From NCBI GenBank assembly GCA_965202665.1, contig OZ241841.1, positions 2,048,001 through 2,112,000 on the forward strand: DNA of 64,000 nt. Reading direction: 5' to 3'. The notes under the pieces are model-generated. The model worked only from the letters and a program-made list of their open reading frames with translations, did no database searches and was not told the DNA's origin. Both the position numbers and the translations under genes were made by a program. Each line of letters starts with the position of its first letter. The first letter of the stretch is position 1. This DNA is from Candidatus Spongiisociaceae bacterium (GTDB taxonomy: Bacteria > Actinomycetota > Acidimicrobiia > Spongiisociales > Spongiisociaceae). Positions 9,742 to 18,654 of this stretch are shown here, one piece after another.

Positions 9742-10977
9742 TTGGACTTCCAATATTCATCCCGGGTGGAGCGGTTGCGGGAAGAGTTGCTGAATTTTAT
9801 GGAGGAGCGGGTGTATCCCGCCGAGCCGGCGTACGAGGAACAGATGGCGGCGGCGGGGGACCCCGGTTTTCATCCTCCGATCATGGAGGATTTGAAAGCG
9901 GAGGCCCGGCGGCGGGGGTTGTGGAACCTGTTCCTTCCCGACCCGGAGCTGGGGGCCGGGTTGTCGGTGCTGGAATACGCCCCTTTGGCGGAGATCACCG
10001 GGCGCAGCATTGAAATCGCCCCGGAGTCGGTCAACTGCTCCGCTCCCGACACCGGCAATATGGAAATCCTGCACATGTTCGGAACCCCGGAACAGAAGCG
10101 CCGTTGGCTGCATCCGTTGCTGGACGGGGAGATTCGTTCCTGTTTTTCCATGACCGAACCGGATGTGGCCTCCTCGGACGCCATGAACATCCGCACCCGC
10201 GTGGAAAAAGAGGGGGACGAGTACGTGATCCGGGGGCGGAAATGGTTTTCCACCGGGGCCATCAGCCCCCGTTGCCGGGTGTCCATCGTCATGGGGGTTA
10301 CCGATCCGCAAGCCGAACCGTACCGCCGGCAGAGCATGGCGCTGGTTCCGATGGATGCGCCGGGGGTGGAGGTGGAGGCCGATTCCAGCGTGTTCGGCTA
10401 CCACGACCGGGGAGGGCACGGGACCATCCATTTCGACGGGGTGCGGGTTCCGGCCGGAAACCTGCTGGGGGAGGAGGGGGGCGGGTTCGCCATCGCCCAG
10501 GCCCGCTTGGGGCCGGGCCGGATTCATCATTGCATGCGGGCCATCGGGATGGCGGAGCGGGCCTTTGACATGATGTGTTCGCGGGCGCTGGCCCGGGAAA
10601 CCTTCGGGTCGGCGGTGGCCGGGCACGGGGTGGTGCAGGAATGGATAGCCGACACCCGGCTGGCCATAGAACAGGCCCGCCTGTTGGTGCTGAAAACCGC
10701 CTGGTTGATCGACGTGGCCGGAACCCGTTCCGCCCGGGTGGAAATTTCGGCCATCAAAGTGGCGGTGCCCCGCATGGTCAAACTGGCGCTGGACCGGGCC
10801 ATCCAAGTGTTCGGGGCGGCGGGGGTGACGGAAAACTTTCCGCTGGCCCGGATGTACGCCCATGCCCGCACCCTGCAGATAGTGGACGGCCCCGACGAGG
10901 TGCACCAAAGATCCCTGGCCCGCCGGGAACTGCGCCGTTACCAACCCGGCCACGTCCCCGACCCCTACCCCGCCTGA
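9742..10977 (+). CDS. Acyl-CoA dehydrogenase (ACAD10/11-like)
   Basis: NCSAPDTGNME, FSMTEPDVASSDA, AQARLGPGRIHHCMR, DGPDEVH; TTG at 9742 after GGAG. Confidence 0.93.
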   Translation: MDFQYSSRVERLREELLNFMEERVYPAEPAYEEQMAAAGDPGFHPPIMEDLKAEARRRGLWNLFLPDPELGAGLSVLEYAPLAEITGRSIEIAPESVNCSAPDTGNMEILHMFGTPEQKRRWLHPLLDGEIRSCFSMTEPDVASSDAMNIRTRVEKEGDEYVIRGRKWFSTGAISPRCRVSIVMGVTDPQAEPYRRQSMALVPMDAPGVEVEADSSVFGYHDRGGHGTIHFDGVRVPAGNLLGEEGGGFAIAQARLGPGRIHHCMRAIGMAERAFDMMCSRALARETFGSAVAGHGVVQEWIADTRLAIEQARLLVLKTAWLIDVAGTRSARVEISAIKVAVPRMVKLALDRAIQVFGAAGVTENFPLARMYAHARTLQIVDGPDEVHQRSLARRELRRYQPGHVPDPYPA

Positions 10978-11112
10978 CCGCCCGCCCCGGGTTCCGCAGG
11001 CAACAATAGGGCCCACTTGCGCTTGCGACGAGCCGGCACGCGGCAGCGAATTGCCAATCGGTAGGCCCTCTCGGCGGTGATAGGGCCGCCGGGAGGGTAG
11101 CGTCTTGTCATT

Positions 11113-11523
11113 TTACGATAAAAGTCGTTGGCAAAGAAAAATGACGCCCGCGGCGACTATGAAAAATGCGCCGGCAAGGGTGACCGCTACCGCTACCGGC
11201 GGCGTCCCGTTGGCGATGAACCAACTGAGCCCCCCGAACATGACCCACGCCGACCCAAGGAGGGCGGTGTTCTTGGCCGATATTCTCCTCCTGGGCAACA
11301 GGCGGCCGGTTGGGGAAGAGCCGGGCTCGTTACGCGAGGAGCGTCCGCGAGGCGGGGCGTCGTCCTGCGAGGGGCGGGTTGCGTTTCGGTCAGCATCGGC
11401 TGTTTGCCGGACATGCGCGGAGAAAGCGGCCTGGGATTCGGTGCGGTCTTCAGGCTTGGAATGCGGCACGATAGAGAATGTAGCGTATTTGAGGAAGTAG
11501 CGGTACCGCCGGGTATGCGCCAC
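11113..11523 (-). CDS. Hypothetical small membrane protein; start uncertain
   Basis: Hydrophilic N-terminus followed by two C-terminal hydrophobic helices; occupies an otherwise empty interval. Confidence 0.4.
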   Translation of the reverse strand: MAHTRRYRYFLKYATFSIVPHSKPEDRTESQAAFSAHVRQTADADRNATRPSQDDAPPRGRSSRNEPGSSPTGRLLPRRRISAKNTALLGSAWVMFGGLSWFIANGTPPVAVAVTLAGAFFIVAAGVIFLCQRLLS

Positions 11524-11656
11524 GTAGCGGAAGCCGGCCGGGTTTTTGTCACACCCTCCTGTTTATCTTGCATGAGGCGGGCGGGCACATGGGACCGCCT
11601 CGGAAAATATCGGGAATGTTGGGAATAAAAATCGGACAAGGAGGGTTATACGGGTT

Positions 11657-11953
11657 ATGGATACGCGATTGACGCTCGTACCGGACGACGCCCCCGCTTG
11701 GTCGGAGGACGACACTTGGCGGGACTTGGCGGCTTGCCTGGGGTTTGACAGCGATGTCTTCTTCCCCGACGACATGGACGCCGAGGCGGTGGCGCGCGCC
11801 AAGGAGGTGTGCGAATCCTGCCCGGTCGCCGGCAACTGTCTGGAATGGGCTTTGGAAACCAACCAGACGGAAGGAATTTGGGGCGGTTTTACCCGTTTCG
11901 AGCGGCGGGCCGTCAAGCGGCGCCGGCAACGGCGGATGCGGGAAGCCGGATAA
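11657..11953 (+). CDS. whiB: WhiB-family Fe-S transcriptional regulator
   Basis: WRDLAAC...FFP...AKEVCESCPVAGNCLEWAL...GIWGG; basic C-terminal tail. Confidence 0.93.
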   Translation: MDTRLTLVPDDAPAWSEDDTWRDLAACLGFDSDVFFPDDMDAEAVARAKEVCESCPVAGNCLEWALETNQTEGIWGGFTRFERRAVKRRRQRRMREAG

Positions 11954-12049
11954 ACGGTCCGCGGTCCGGCCCCCGTCGGCCTTTTCCACCGCAGGCCTTT
12001 GCGGCATTGACCGCGTAAAACCGCCGGCGGCGGGTAGCCTGCGACCCGG

Positions 12050-13003
12050 ATGCGCTCTTTCCTCGATTTCCTACTTGATCAGTTGGGCAATCTGGGGCTC
12101 AGCCTGCTCCTCTTGGTGGTGGTGTTGACGGCGCGGGCCCTGGTTCTGCGCGCCCTCATTCCCCGTCTGGACGGCTCCGAATCGGTGTTCCGCGCCCGCA
12201 AGGTCACCCTGTACGTCTCGGTGGCGGTGATCCTGCTCGGTTTGGGCTGGGTTTGGACGCACACTTTGGGGGGCGTCGGTTCGTTTATCGGAATCCTGTC
12301 GGCGGGCGTGGCCATCGCCCTGTCCGATGTGTTGAAAAACCTGGCCGGGTGGGCTTACATCTTGGTGCGCCGCCCTTTCAAAGCCGGCGACCGCATTGAG
12401 ATCGGCCCGCACGCCGGGGATGTGATCGACATCCGGGTGTTCCGGTTCAGCCTGCTGGAAATTCGCAACTGGGTGCAGGCCGACCAGTCCACCGGCCGCA
12501 TACTGCACATCCCCAACGGCCTGCTGTTCACTGATCCGATGGCCAACTTCACCGAAGGTTTCCCGTTCATCTGGCACGAGATTCCGGTGGTGGTCACTTT
12601 TGAAAGCGACTGGGAGCGGGCCAAGCGGATCGTGCAGGAGGTGATCGACCGTCACGCCCCCGACCCGGAGGAGGCGGGGGCGGCGGAGGGCATCGAGCGG
12701 GCCGCCACCCAATATTTCATCCGTTACCGCTACCTCACCCCCACCGTCTACGTGCGGGCCATAGACTTCGGAGTGGAGCTCACCGGGCGATTGCTGGTGG
12801 ACGCCCGCTCCCGCCGTCATTTCGACACTGAGATCTGGAGCGACGTGTTGCGGGCTTTCACCGCCGACCCCCGCATTGAACTGGCCTATCCCACCACCCG
12901 CTTCTACCAGGGGGACAAGGAGGGGGGAGTGGGGGCCGCTCCGGGCTGGCCGTTCATGCCGGGGCCGGCGACGGGGGAGCCGCCAACCGATTCGGTAACA
13001 TAG
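12050..13003 (+). CDS. Mechanosensitive ion channel, MscS family
   Basis: Three N-terminal TM segments, RPFKAGDRIEIG, GDVIDI, HIPNGLL, IELAYPT. Confidence 0.9.
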   Translation: MRSFLDFLLDQLGNLGLSLLLLVVVLTARALVLRALIPRLDGSESVFRARKVTLYVSVAVILLGLGWVWTHTLGGVGSFIGILSAGVAIALSDVLKNLAGWAYILVRRPFKAGDRIEIGPHAGDVIDIRVFRFSLLEIRNWVQADQSTGRILHIPNGLLFTDPMANFTEGFPFIWHEIPVVVTFESDWERAKRIVQEVIDRHAPDPEEAGAAEGIERAATQYFIRYRYLTPTVYVRAIDFGVELTGRLLVDARSRRHFDTEIWSDVLRAFTADPRIELAYPTTRFYQGDKEGGVGAAPGWPFMPGPATGEPPTDSVT

Positions 13004-13009
13004 GCGGTC

Positions 13010-13738
13010 ATGACCGAACGCATCTACTCCACCGACTCCTACGCGGCTCGGATGGAGGCCCGGGTGGTAGCGGTCGACGAGGACGACCGACGGGTGTTGC
13101 TGGACCGCACCGTTTTTTATCCGGGCGGCGGCGGCCAGCCCATCGACGAGGGGGCGCTGTGGGCGGGCGAAGACCGGTTGCCGGTGACGCGGGTCACCGG
13201 GGACGCGGACGGGGTTTGGCATTGGCTGGAGGGGAAGCCGCCCCCGGCGGGGACGGCGGTCACCGGGGTCATCGACTGGGAGCGCCGCTACCGGCTGATG
13301 CGCACCCACACTTCCATGCACGCCCTGTGCGGGGTGGTGTGGGAAAAATACCAAAGTCCGGTGACCGGCGGCAATATGGAACCGGGCTACGGACGATTGG
13401 ACTTCGAACTGCCCGGCTGGGACCCCGAAGACCGGGATCCCCTGGAGCGGGCCCTCAACGAGGCCGTCGCCCGCCATCTGCCCATAGAGGTGTCGTTCCT
13501 GCCCCGGGAGGAAGCCGATTTGGACCCCAGCCTGATCCGCACCAAAGTGAACTTGATTCCCCCCGCGGTGCGGGAAATCCGGGTGATCGACATTGTGGGG
13601 CTGGACCGCCAAGCGGACGGAGGAACCCATGTGGCTTCCACCGCCGAAGTGGGCCGGGTGAAAATAACCAAAGTGGAGTCCAAAGGGCGCGGTTTCCGCC
13701 GCATCCGCCTCGCCTTGGACGAATCCGGGTCGGACTGA
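13010..13738 (+). CDS. Alanyl-tRNA editing protein (AlaX family)
   Basis: LDRTVFYPGGGGQPID, IDWERRYRLMRTHTSMH, ADGGTHV. Confidence 0.9.
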   Translation: MTERIYSTDSYAARMEARVVAVDEDDRRVLLDRTVFYPGGGGQPIDEGALWAGEDRLPVTRVTGDADGVWHWLEGKPPPAGTAVTGVIDWERRYRLMRTHTSMHALCGVVWEKYQSPVTGGNMEPGYGRLDFELPGWDPEDRDPLERALNEAVARHLPIEVSFLPREEADLDPSLIRTKVNLIPPAVREIRVIDIVGLDRQADGGTHVASTAEVGRVKITKVESKGRGFRRIRLALDESGSD

Positions 13739-13749
13739 AAGGAGGGTTT

Positions 13750-14190
13750 ATGGGCGCGTTGCGGGAGATCGAAGGGAAGGTGGGGGAGGTGATCGGGACG
13801 GGGGAGTGGCTTACCGTCACCCAGGAGGCCATCAACCTGTTCGCCGAAGCTACCGGCGACCGCCAGTGGATTCATGTGGACGAAGAACGGGCCGAGGCCG
13901 GGCCGTTCGGAACCACCATCGCCCACGGGTACATGACCTTGGCCCTGATCGCGGGCATCGCCCCCCGGTTGGATGTTCCGGGGGTGAAAATGGGGATCAA
14001 CTATGGGTTGGACCGGGTGCGTTTCATCACCCCGGTGCCCAGCGGGGGCCGGGTGCGGGCCGTCTCCCGCCTAGACGCGGTGGACGAAATCCCGGGCGGG
14101 GCGCAGTTGAAACAGACGGTCACTATCGAACTTGAAGGAAGCGAGAAACCGGCCTGCGTAGCCGAAACCCTGGTGCGGTTGATTCTCTGA
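13750..14190 (+). CDS. MaoC-family dehydratase
   Basis: FAEATGDRQWIHVD, PFGTTIAHG, NYGLDRVRF; ATG at 13750 after GGAGG. Confidence 0.9.
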   Translation: MGALREIEGKVGEVIGTGEWLTVTQEAINLFAEATGDRQWIHVDEERAEAGPFGTTIAHGYMTLALIAGIAPRLDVPGVKMGINYGLDRVRFITPVPSGGRVRAVSRLDAVDEIPGGAQLKQTVTIELEGSEKPACVAETLVRLIL

Positions 14191-14199
14191 ATCGAGGGG

Positions 14200-15483
14200 T
14201 CAGAGGGGGAGGTTGCGGTGGGTGAAGGCCCGTTGCCCCGGGCCGTAGTCGCCCGCCGCGTGCCCGGCGCCGCGCAACAGCCATTTGCCGGTTAGCAGTC
14301 CTTCCATCCCCACCGGGCCGCGGGCGTGCACCCGTCCGGTGGCGATCCCCACTTCCGCCCCCAGCCCGTAGCGGAACCCGTCCGCGAAGCGGGTGCTGGC
14401 GTTCCAGAACACCGAAGCGGCGTCCACCGCTTGCAGAAACCGTTCCCCCGCTTCTCGGTCTTCGGCGACGATGGTTTCGGTGTGGGCCGAACCGTAACGG
14501 TGGATGTGGGCCACGGCCTCGTCCAAATCGTCCACCACCGCGGCGGCGATGGTCAGGTCGCCGAACTCGCAACCGAAGTCGGCGGGGGAGGCGGCCGCCG
14601 TCCCATCCGTCATTTCCCGCACCGCCGCATCGCCCCGCACCTCCACTCCCGCCTCCAGCAGGGCCCGGATCAAATCCGCTCCGGCCGGGTAGTCCCGATG
14701 GATAAGCAGGGTTTCGGCCGCGTTGCACACCGCCGGGTAGTCGGTTTTGGCGTCCAAAGTCACTTTGACCGCCCGTTGCGGGTCGGCGGAGGCGTCGACG
14801 TACACGTGGCAGACGCCGTCGGCGTGCCCCAGCACCGGAATCCGGGAGGCTGTTTGAATGGAACGCACCAGTTCCGCCGAGCCGCGCGGGATGACCAGGT
14901 CGATGTGGCGGTCCATTTCCAGCAGGTCGGCCACCGCCCGCCGCCCTTCGATGTTCTGGATCACGTTCGGGTCGCCCCCCGCTTCGCCCACCGCTTCCCG
15001 CAACAGGTCGGTGAGGGCCCGGTTGGAATGAGCGGCTTCCGAGCCTCCTTTCATCAGGGCGGCGTTGCCGGTGCGCGCCGCCAGCGATCCGATCTGTATC
15101 ACCGCATCCGGCCGGCTTTCAAAAATGATGAGCAACACCCCCAGCGGGGCCCGCACCTGCTCCAAGACCAGCCCTTCGTCCAGTTCCCTCCTGAGCAGGG
15201 GACTCCCCACCGGGTCGGGGCCGGCCAGCAAGGTCCTGACTCCTTCCCGCAGGGTTTCCAGTTTGGAGGGGGACAGGGCCAGCCTCTGGAGCAACGGCCC
15301 GGGCAGGTCGGCGTTGCCGGATGCCTCCAAATCCAACTTGTTGGCGGCCAGCAACTCCGCTTCCCGCTCTCTGAGGAGCCGTTCCAGATTGGCCAAAGCC
15401 CCGTTGCGCACCTGCGCCCCGGCGGCGGCGTACAGCCGCTGCGCTTCCCGCGCCGCCTGCGCCGCATTTGTCATATCAGTCAA
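14200..15483 (-). CDS. proA: Gamma-glutamyl phosphate reductase (glutamate-5-semialdehyde dehydrogenase)
   Basis: PLGVLLIIFESRP, LVIPRGS, GVCHVYVD, CNAAETLL, NASTRFADG, HARGPVG; AAGGAGG upstream. Confidence 0.94.
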   Translation of the reverse strand: MTDMTNAAQAAREAQRLYAAAGAQVRNGALANLERLLREREAELLAANKLDLEASGNADLPGPLLQRLALSPSKLETLREGVRTLLAGPDPVGSPLLRRELDEGLVLEQVRAPLGVLLIIFESRPDAVIQIGSLAARTGNAALMKGGSEAAHSNRALTDLLREAVGEAGGDPNVIQNIEGRRAVADLLEMDRHIDLVIPRGSAELVRSIQTASRIPVLGHADGVCHVYVDASADPQRAVKVTLDAKTDYPAVCNAAETLLIHRDYPAGADLIRALLEAGVEVRGDAAVREMTDGTAAASPADFGCEFGDLTIAAAVVDDLDEAVAHIHRYGSAHTETIVAEDREAGERFLQAVDAASVFWNASTRFADGFRYGLGAEVGIATGRVHARGPVGMEGLLTGKWLLRGAGHAAGDYGPGQRAFTHRNLPL

Positions 15484-15581
15484 AATATCCTCCTTGTCGT
15501 CTCATTTAACAAGCGACGGCGCCTTCAATATAGGACGGCTTCCCTTGATTGCTTATACCTCTTTTAGCATAATGGTAAAGC

Positions 15582-16700
15582 TTAAAGTTCGGGAATGGGC
15601 GGCAACGGTTTGAATCGTTCCGGATTCGGCAGTCCCTCCCGGAACATGCCCCGAGCGGCCTGATGTTGCTGTTCGACTTCCCGCAAAACCTCTTCCCACA
15701 GATGTTCGGCGACTTCGAACTCTGTAGTAGGGGTGCCCGCATATCTCCGCTGGGCGAAGTCGAGGCGACGCAGAACGTAGTCGAATGTTTTGTGGGACCA
15801 TCCGATCAGGTTCGCAACATTCTGCGGTTCCTCAACCAGCCTACCGGTTTGGCCGGTTTCTTCCGCGAACAGCCTTTCCCCCAAAATGTGTTCTTTCAGA
15901 AACCCGAAAGATTGGAGACGCTCCCACACTTCAGTTAACGTTTCCCTGTCGTCAGCCCACAGGTTCTCATCGTTGAAAGTTCGGTAGGTGGTGGGTGGCA
16001 AGTTCCGGCATTCCACCGCATAAAACGATGTCACAGCAGACAGGTGGGGGGCGGTGAGGGTGATGTCGAACGCTTTCCAATCCACATATCGGGAGCAGGT
16101 GACCGATATTTCAAACCGGTCACCAACCTGCTGTAACGGAATGTTGCTGTAATAGGTTCGGTGATCCCCGGCGTTGTTTTTCAAAACCCAACTGCCCTCC
16201 ACGGTCAGCCCAGCCCATTCGGATGGGGGAACAATTTGGACAGTTATCGTGTCGCCCTGGAACCGTTCGGTGAAGACGGGTTCCGGTTGGGGGATGGTGG
16301 TGGGGGCGGTCGGTAGAGGCGGCAGTTCGAATTCTCCTTCCCCGCCTGCTGTGGTAGCCGGTTCCGCCGGGACAGCGGTGGTGGTGGTTGTTGTTGTTGG
16401 GTGGAGGTGATGATATCCGTGGAACAGCAACGCGGCGATTTCTGCCCGTGTCCACACCTGACCGGCAGTCAACCGTTCTATTACTTTCACCAGTTGGTTT
16501 GCTGTCAGTGGCTGTTCGGGGCGGAACAGGCCGTCCTCAAATCCCTTGAACAGTGCCTCCGGTTGGAACTGGGCTGCCCATATGATTTCATCCGCATATT
16601 CGTGATCTGTGGGCACATCTTGGAACAGGTTGGCGGTGGCGGCCACCGGGATGGCCAACGTGGCGGCCAACAGGCAAGTGATAGTTGTTCGGAGTTTCAT
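15582..16700 (-). CDS. Secreted protein with N-terminal S-layer homology (SLH)-like domain and Thr/Pro linker
   Basis: Signal peptide MKLRTTITCLLAATLAIPVAA, FQDVPTDHEYADEIIWA, KGFEDGLFRPEQPLT, TRAEIAALL, poly-Thr; visibly lower GC than flanks. Confidence 0.75.
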   Translation of the reverse strand: MKLRTTITCLLAATLAIPVAATANLFQDVPTDHEYADEIIWAAQFQPEALFKGFEDGLFRPEQPLTANQLVKVIERLTAGQVWTRAEIAALLFHGYHHLHPTTTTTTTAVPAEPATTAGGEGEFELPPLPTAPTTIPQPEPVFTERFQGDTITVQIVPPSEWAGLTVEGSWVLKNNAGDHRTYYSNIPLQQVGDRFEISVTCSRYVDWKAFDITLTAPHLSAVTSFYAVECRNLPPTTYRTFNDENLWADDRETLTEVWERLQSFGFLKEHILGERLFAEETGQTGRLVEEPQNVANLIGWSHKTFDYVLRRLDFAQRRYAGTPTTEFEVAEHLWEEVLREVEQQHQAARGMFREGLPNPERFKPLPPIPEL

Positions 16701-16992
16701 ATCGTTTCCTTTCTTACAGGCCCCTAATGCGGTCCAGGCTGGCCACACCAGGCGTTGTGAGCTTCGTTCGGTGTTTCCTTATATGTAGGGCTAATTAACT
16801 GCGTTGCCGACCCCGATCAAGCGGAACCCTGCAGGGGGATTGTTGCTGGTTCGGATTTGGTCGTCTATCTGTCGAGCGTAGTAGAACCCGAACCGGTGAC
16901 CGTTCTTCGATTACCGCTTTTCTCCACACCCCGTCGGGCTGGTTGGTTAAGATAGCCACTCCGGGTTGCGGTAAAGGTTCAGCAACGAACAT

Positions 16993-17991
16993 TTGTGCCA
17001 TCTGTTTGGAATGCGGCGCGACGTCGACCAACGCAGAACGCCCGGGCGTTTCATTCTGACCGGTTCCGCGCGCTCGTCCCTTTCCATGGACCTGCATGCG
17101 GGAGCGGGACGCATCCTGCCGGTGCGAATGTATCCGCTGACGCTGTCCGAAGGGAACCGGAAAGCTCCTTTGGCGTCGCTCCGCAAACTGGCCGAACACG
17201 GGGTGGACGCCGTCGGCGGTTTGCGTTCCCCGTTCAGCCCCGAACGGCAGAAGGAACTTGTGTTCCGCTCCGGTTTGCCCGGATACCTGGGCATGGATTT
17301 GGCCGCCGAACAGGAAGCCCTGCGTACATATTTGGATCTGGCGGCCTCCAGCGACTTGGCATCCATCGATCCGGCGCAAAGGAACGCCGCCAAGTTGCGG
17401 GATTACCTGCGGGCGTACGGGGCGGTGGCGGGAACCTGCGCCGACCATCGGACCATCTTCGGGGCGGCCGGGCTTACCAAACCCACCGCCGACGTGTATC
17501 ACGATCTGCTCACCCGCCTCGGACTGATCGCCGACTTGCCCGGGTGGGCCGGCAGCAGGTTGAAGCGGTTGACCAAAGCCCCCAAACGGCATCTGATAGT
17601 CCCCGCTTTCGCCGCCGCCGACCATTATGAAAATCCGGACCGGGAGGACCGCCGTTTTGCCTCCCGGTTCGGCGAACTGTTTGAGAACGCGGTCCTCTCC
17701 CAACTGCGGGCGGTGACGGAAGCGGAGGGATTGGGGTGGAGGTTCTCCCATTTGCGCACCGCCGGAGGGGAGTTGGAGGCGGACATTATGGTAGACCTGC
17801 CGGAGGGCGGCGTGTTGGCCGTCGAAGTCAAGGCTTCGGAGAACGTGGACATCTCCGACGCCGCCCATTTGCTGAAACTGAGGGACAAGTTGGGGGAGGA
17901 GTTTCGGGCCGGTTTGATAATCCACCCCGGAGTGGTGAGTTACCGTTTGGACGACCGGATCGGGGTGGCCCCGTTGGGGATACTCGTCTGA
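16993..17991 (+). pseudogene. 5'-truncated AAA_14/DUF4143-type ATP-binding protein
   Basis: RRDVD..PGRFILTGSA, AGRI..VRMYPLTLSE, KRLTKAPKRH, GELFEN..EAD..AVEVKAS; no Walker A/B in frame; in-frame TAA at 16972. Confidence 0.7.
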
Positions 17992-18031
17992 TGGCGGCGG
18001 TTAAAGTCCCGGTTTGTGCCAAGATAGGGGC

Positions 18032-18619
18032 ATGACGGACAAGGAAGCCCGGGGAACCCCGACGGAGAAAGGGAAGTTCCGGTCGGCCGCCGGGCGGCTG
18101 TTGGTGGCGGCCCCGGGGATGGCAGATCCCAACTTCGCCCGCACCGTGGTGCTGATCATGGAGCACACCCCGGAGGGGGCGGCCGGTCTGGTGCTCAACC
18201 GCCCCACCAGGGCTGATTTGCTGGATCATCTGCCCGGCTGGTGGTCGGCGGCCGCCGATCCGCGGGTGGTGTTCATGGGCGGTCCGGTGGGCGGCGGGGG
18301 CGGGGTGGGACTGGCCCGCGGGCCGGAGCTGACCCCTTTGGCGGGCTGGCCGGAGGTGCTGGGGGTGAGAGCGGTTGATTTGACCGCCGAACCGAACAAC
18401 GATTTCCATGTGGAAGCGCGTATTTTCGCCGGCTACAGCGGTTGGGCGGGCGGCCAGTTGGAAACCGAACTGTCCACCGGCTCCTGGTTCGTGCTGTCCG
18501 CCGAGCCGGAGGATGTGTTCACTTCCTCCCCGGGACGGCTGTGGGAGCGGGTGTTGCGCCGGGCGGGGGGCAAGCACGCCTGGTTCGCCACCTATCCCCC
18601 CGACCCCCGTTTGAACTGA
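18032..18619 (+). CDS. YqgE/AlgH family protein
   Basis: GRLLVAAPGMADPNFARTVVLI, GLVLNRP, GGPV, FAGYSGW, QLE.EL..GSW, DPRLN. Confidence 0.92.
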   Translation: MTDKEARGTPTEKGKFRSAAGRLLVAAPGMADPNFARTVVLIMEHTPEGAAGLVLNRPTRADLLDHLPGWWSAAADPRVVFMGGPVGGGGGVGLARGPELTPLAGWPEVLGVRAVDLTAEPNNDFHVEARIFAGYSGWAGGQLETELSTGSWFVLSAEPEDVFTSSPGRLWERVLRRAGGKHAWFATYPPDPRLN

Positions 18620-18654
18620 ACAGCCCCGCCGACCAGGCGGGAAGGAGAGAACCC

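Noticed and set aside
16952-16981. IATPGCGKGS as the missing Walker A of the truncated ATPase
   Set aside because: Different frame, imperfect motif, and far too close to the post-Walker-B region; probably chance
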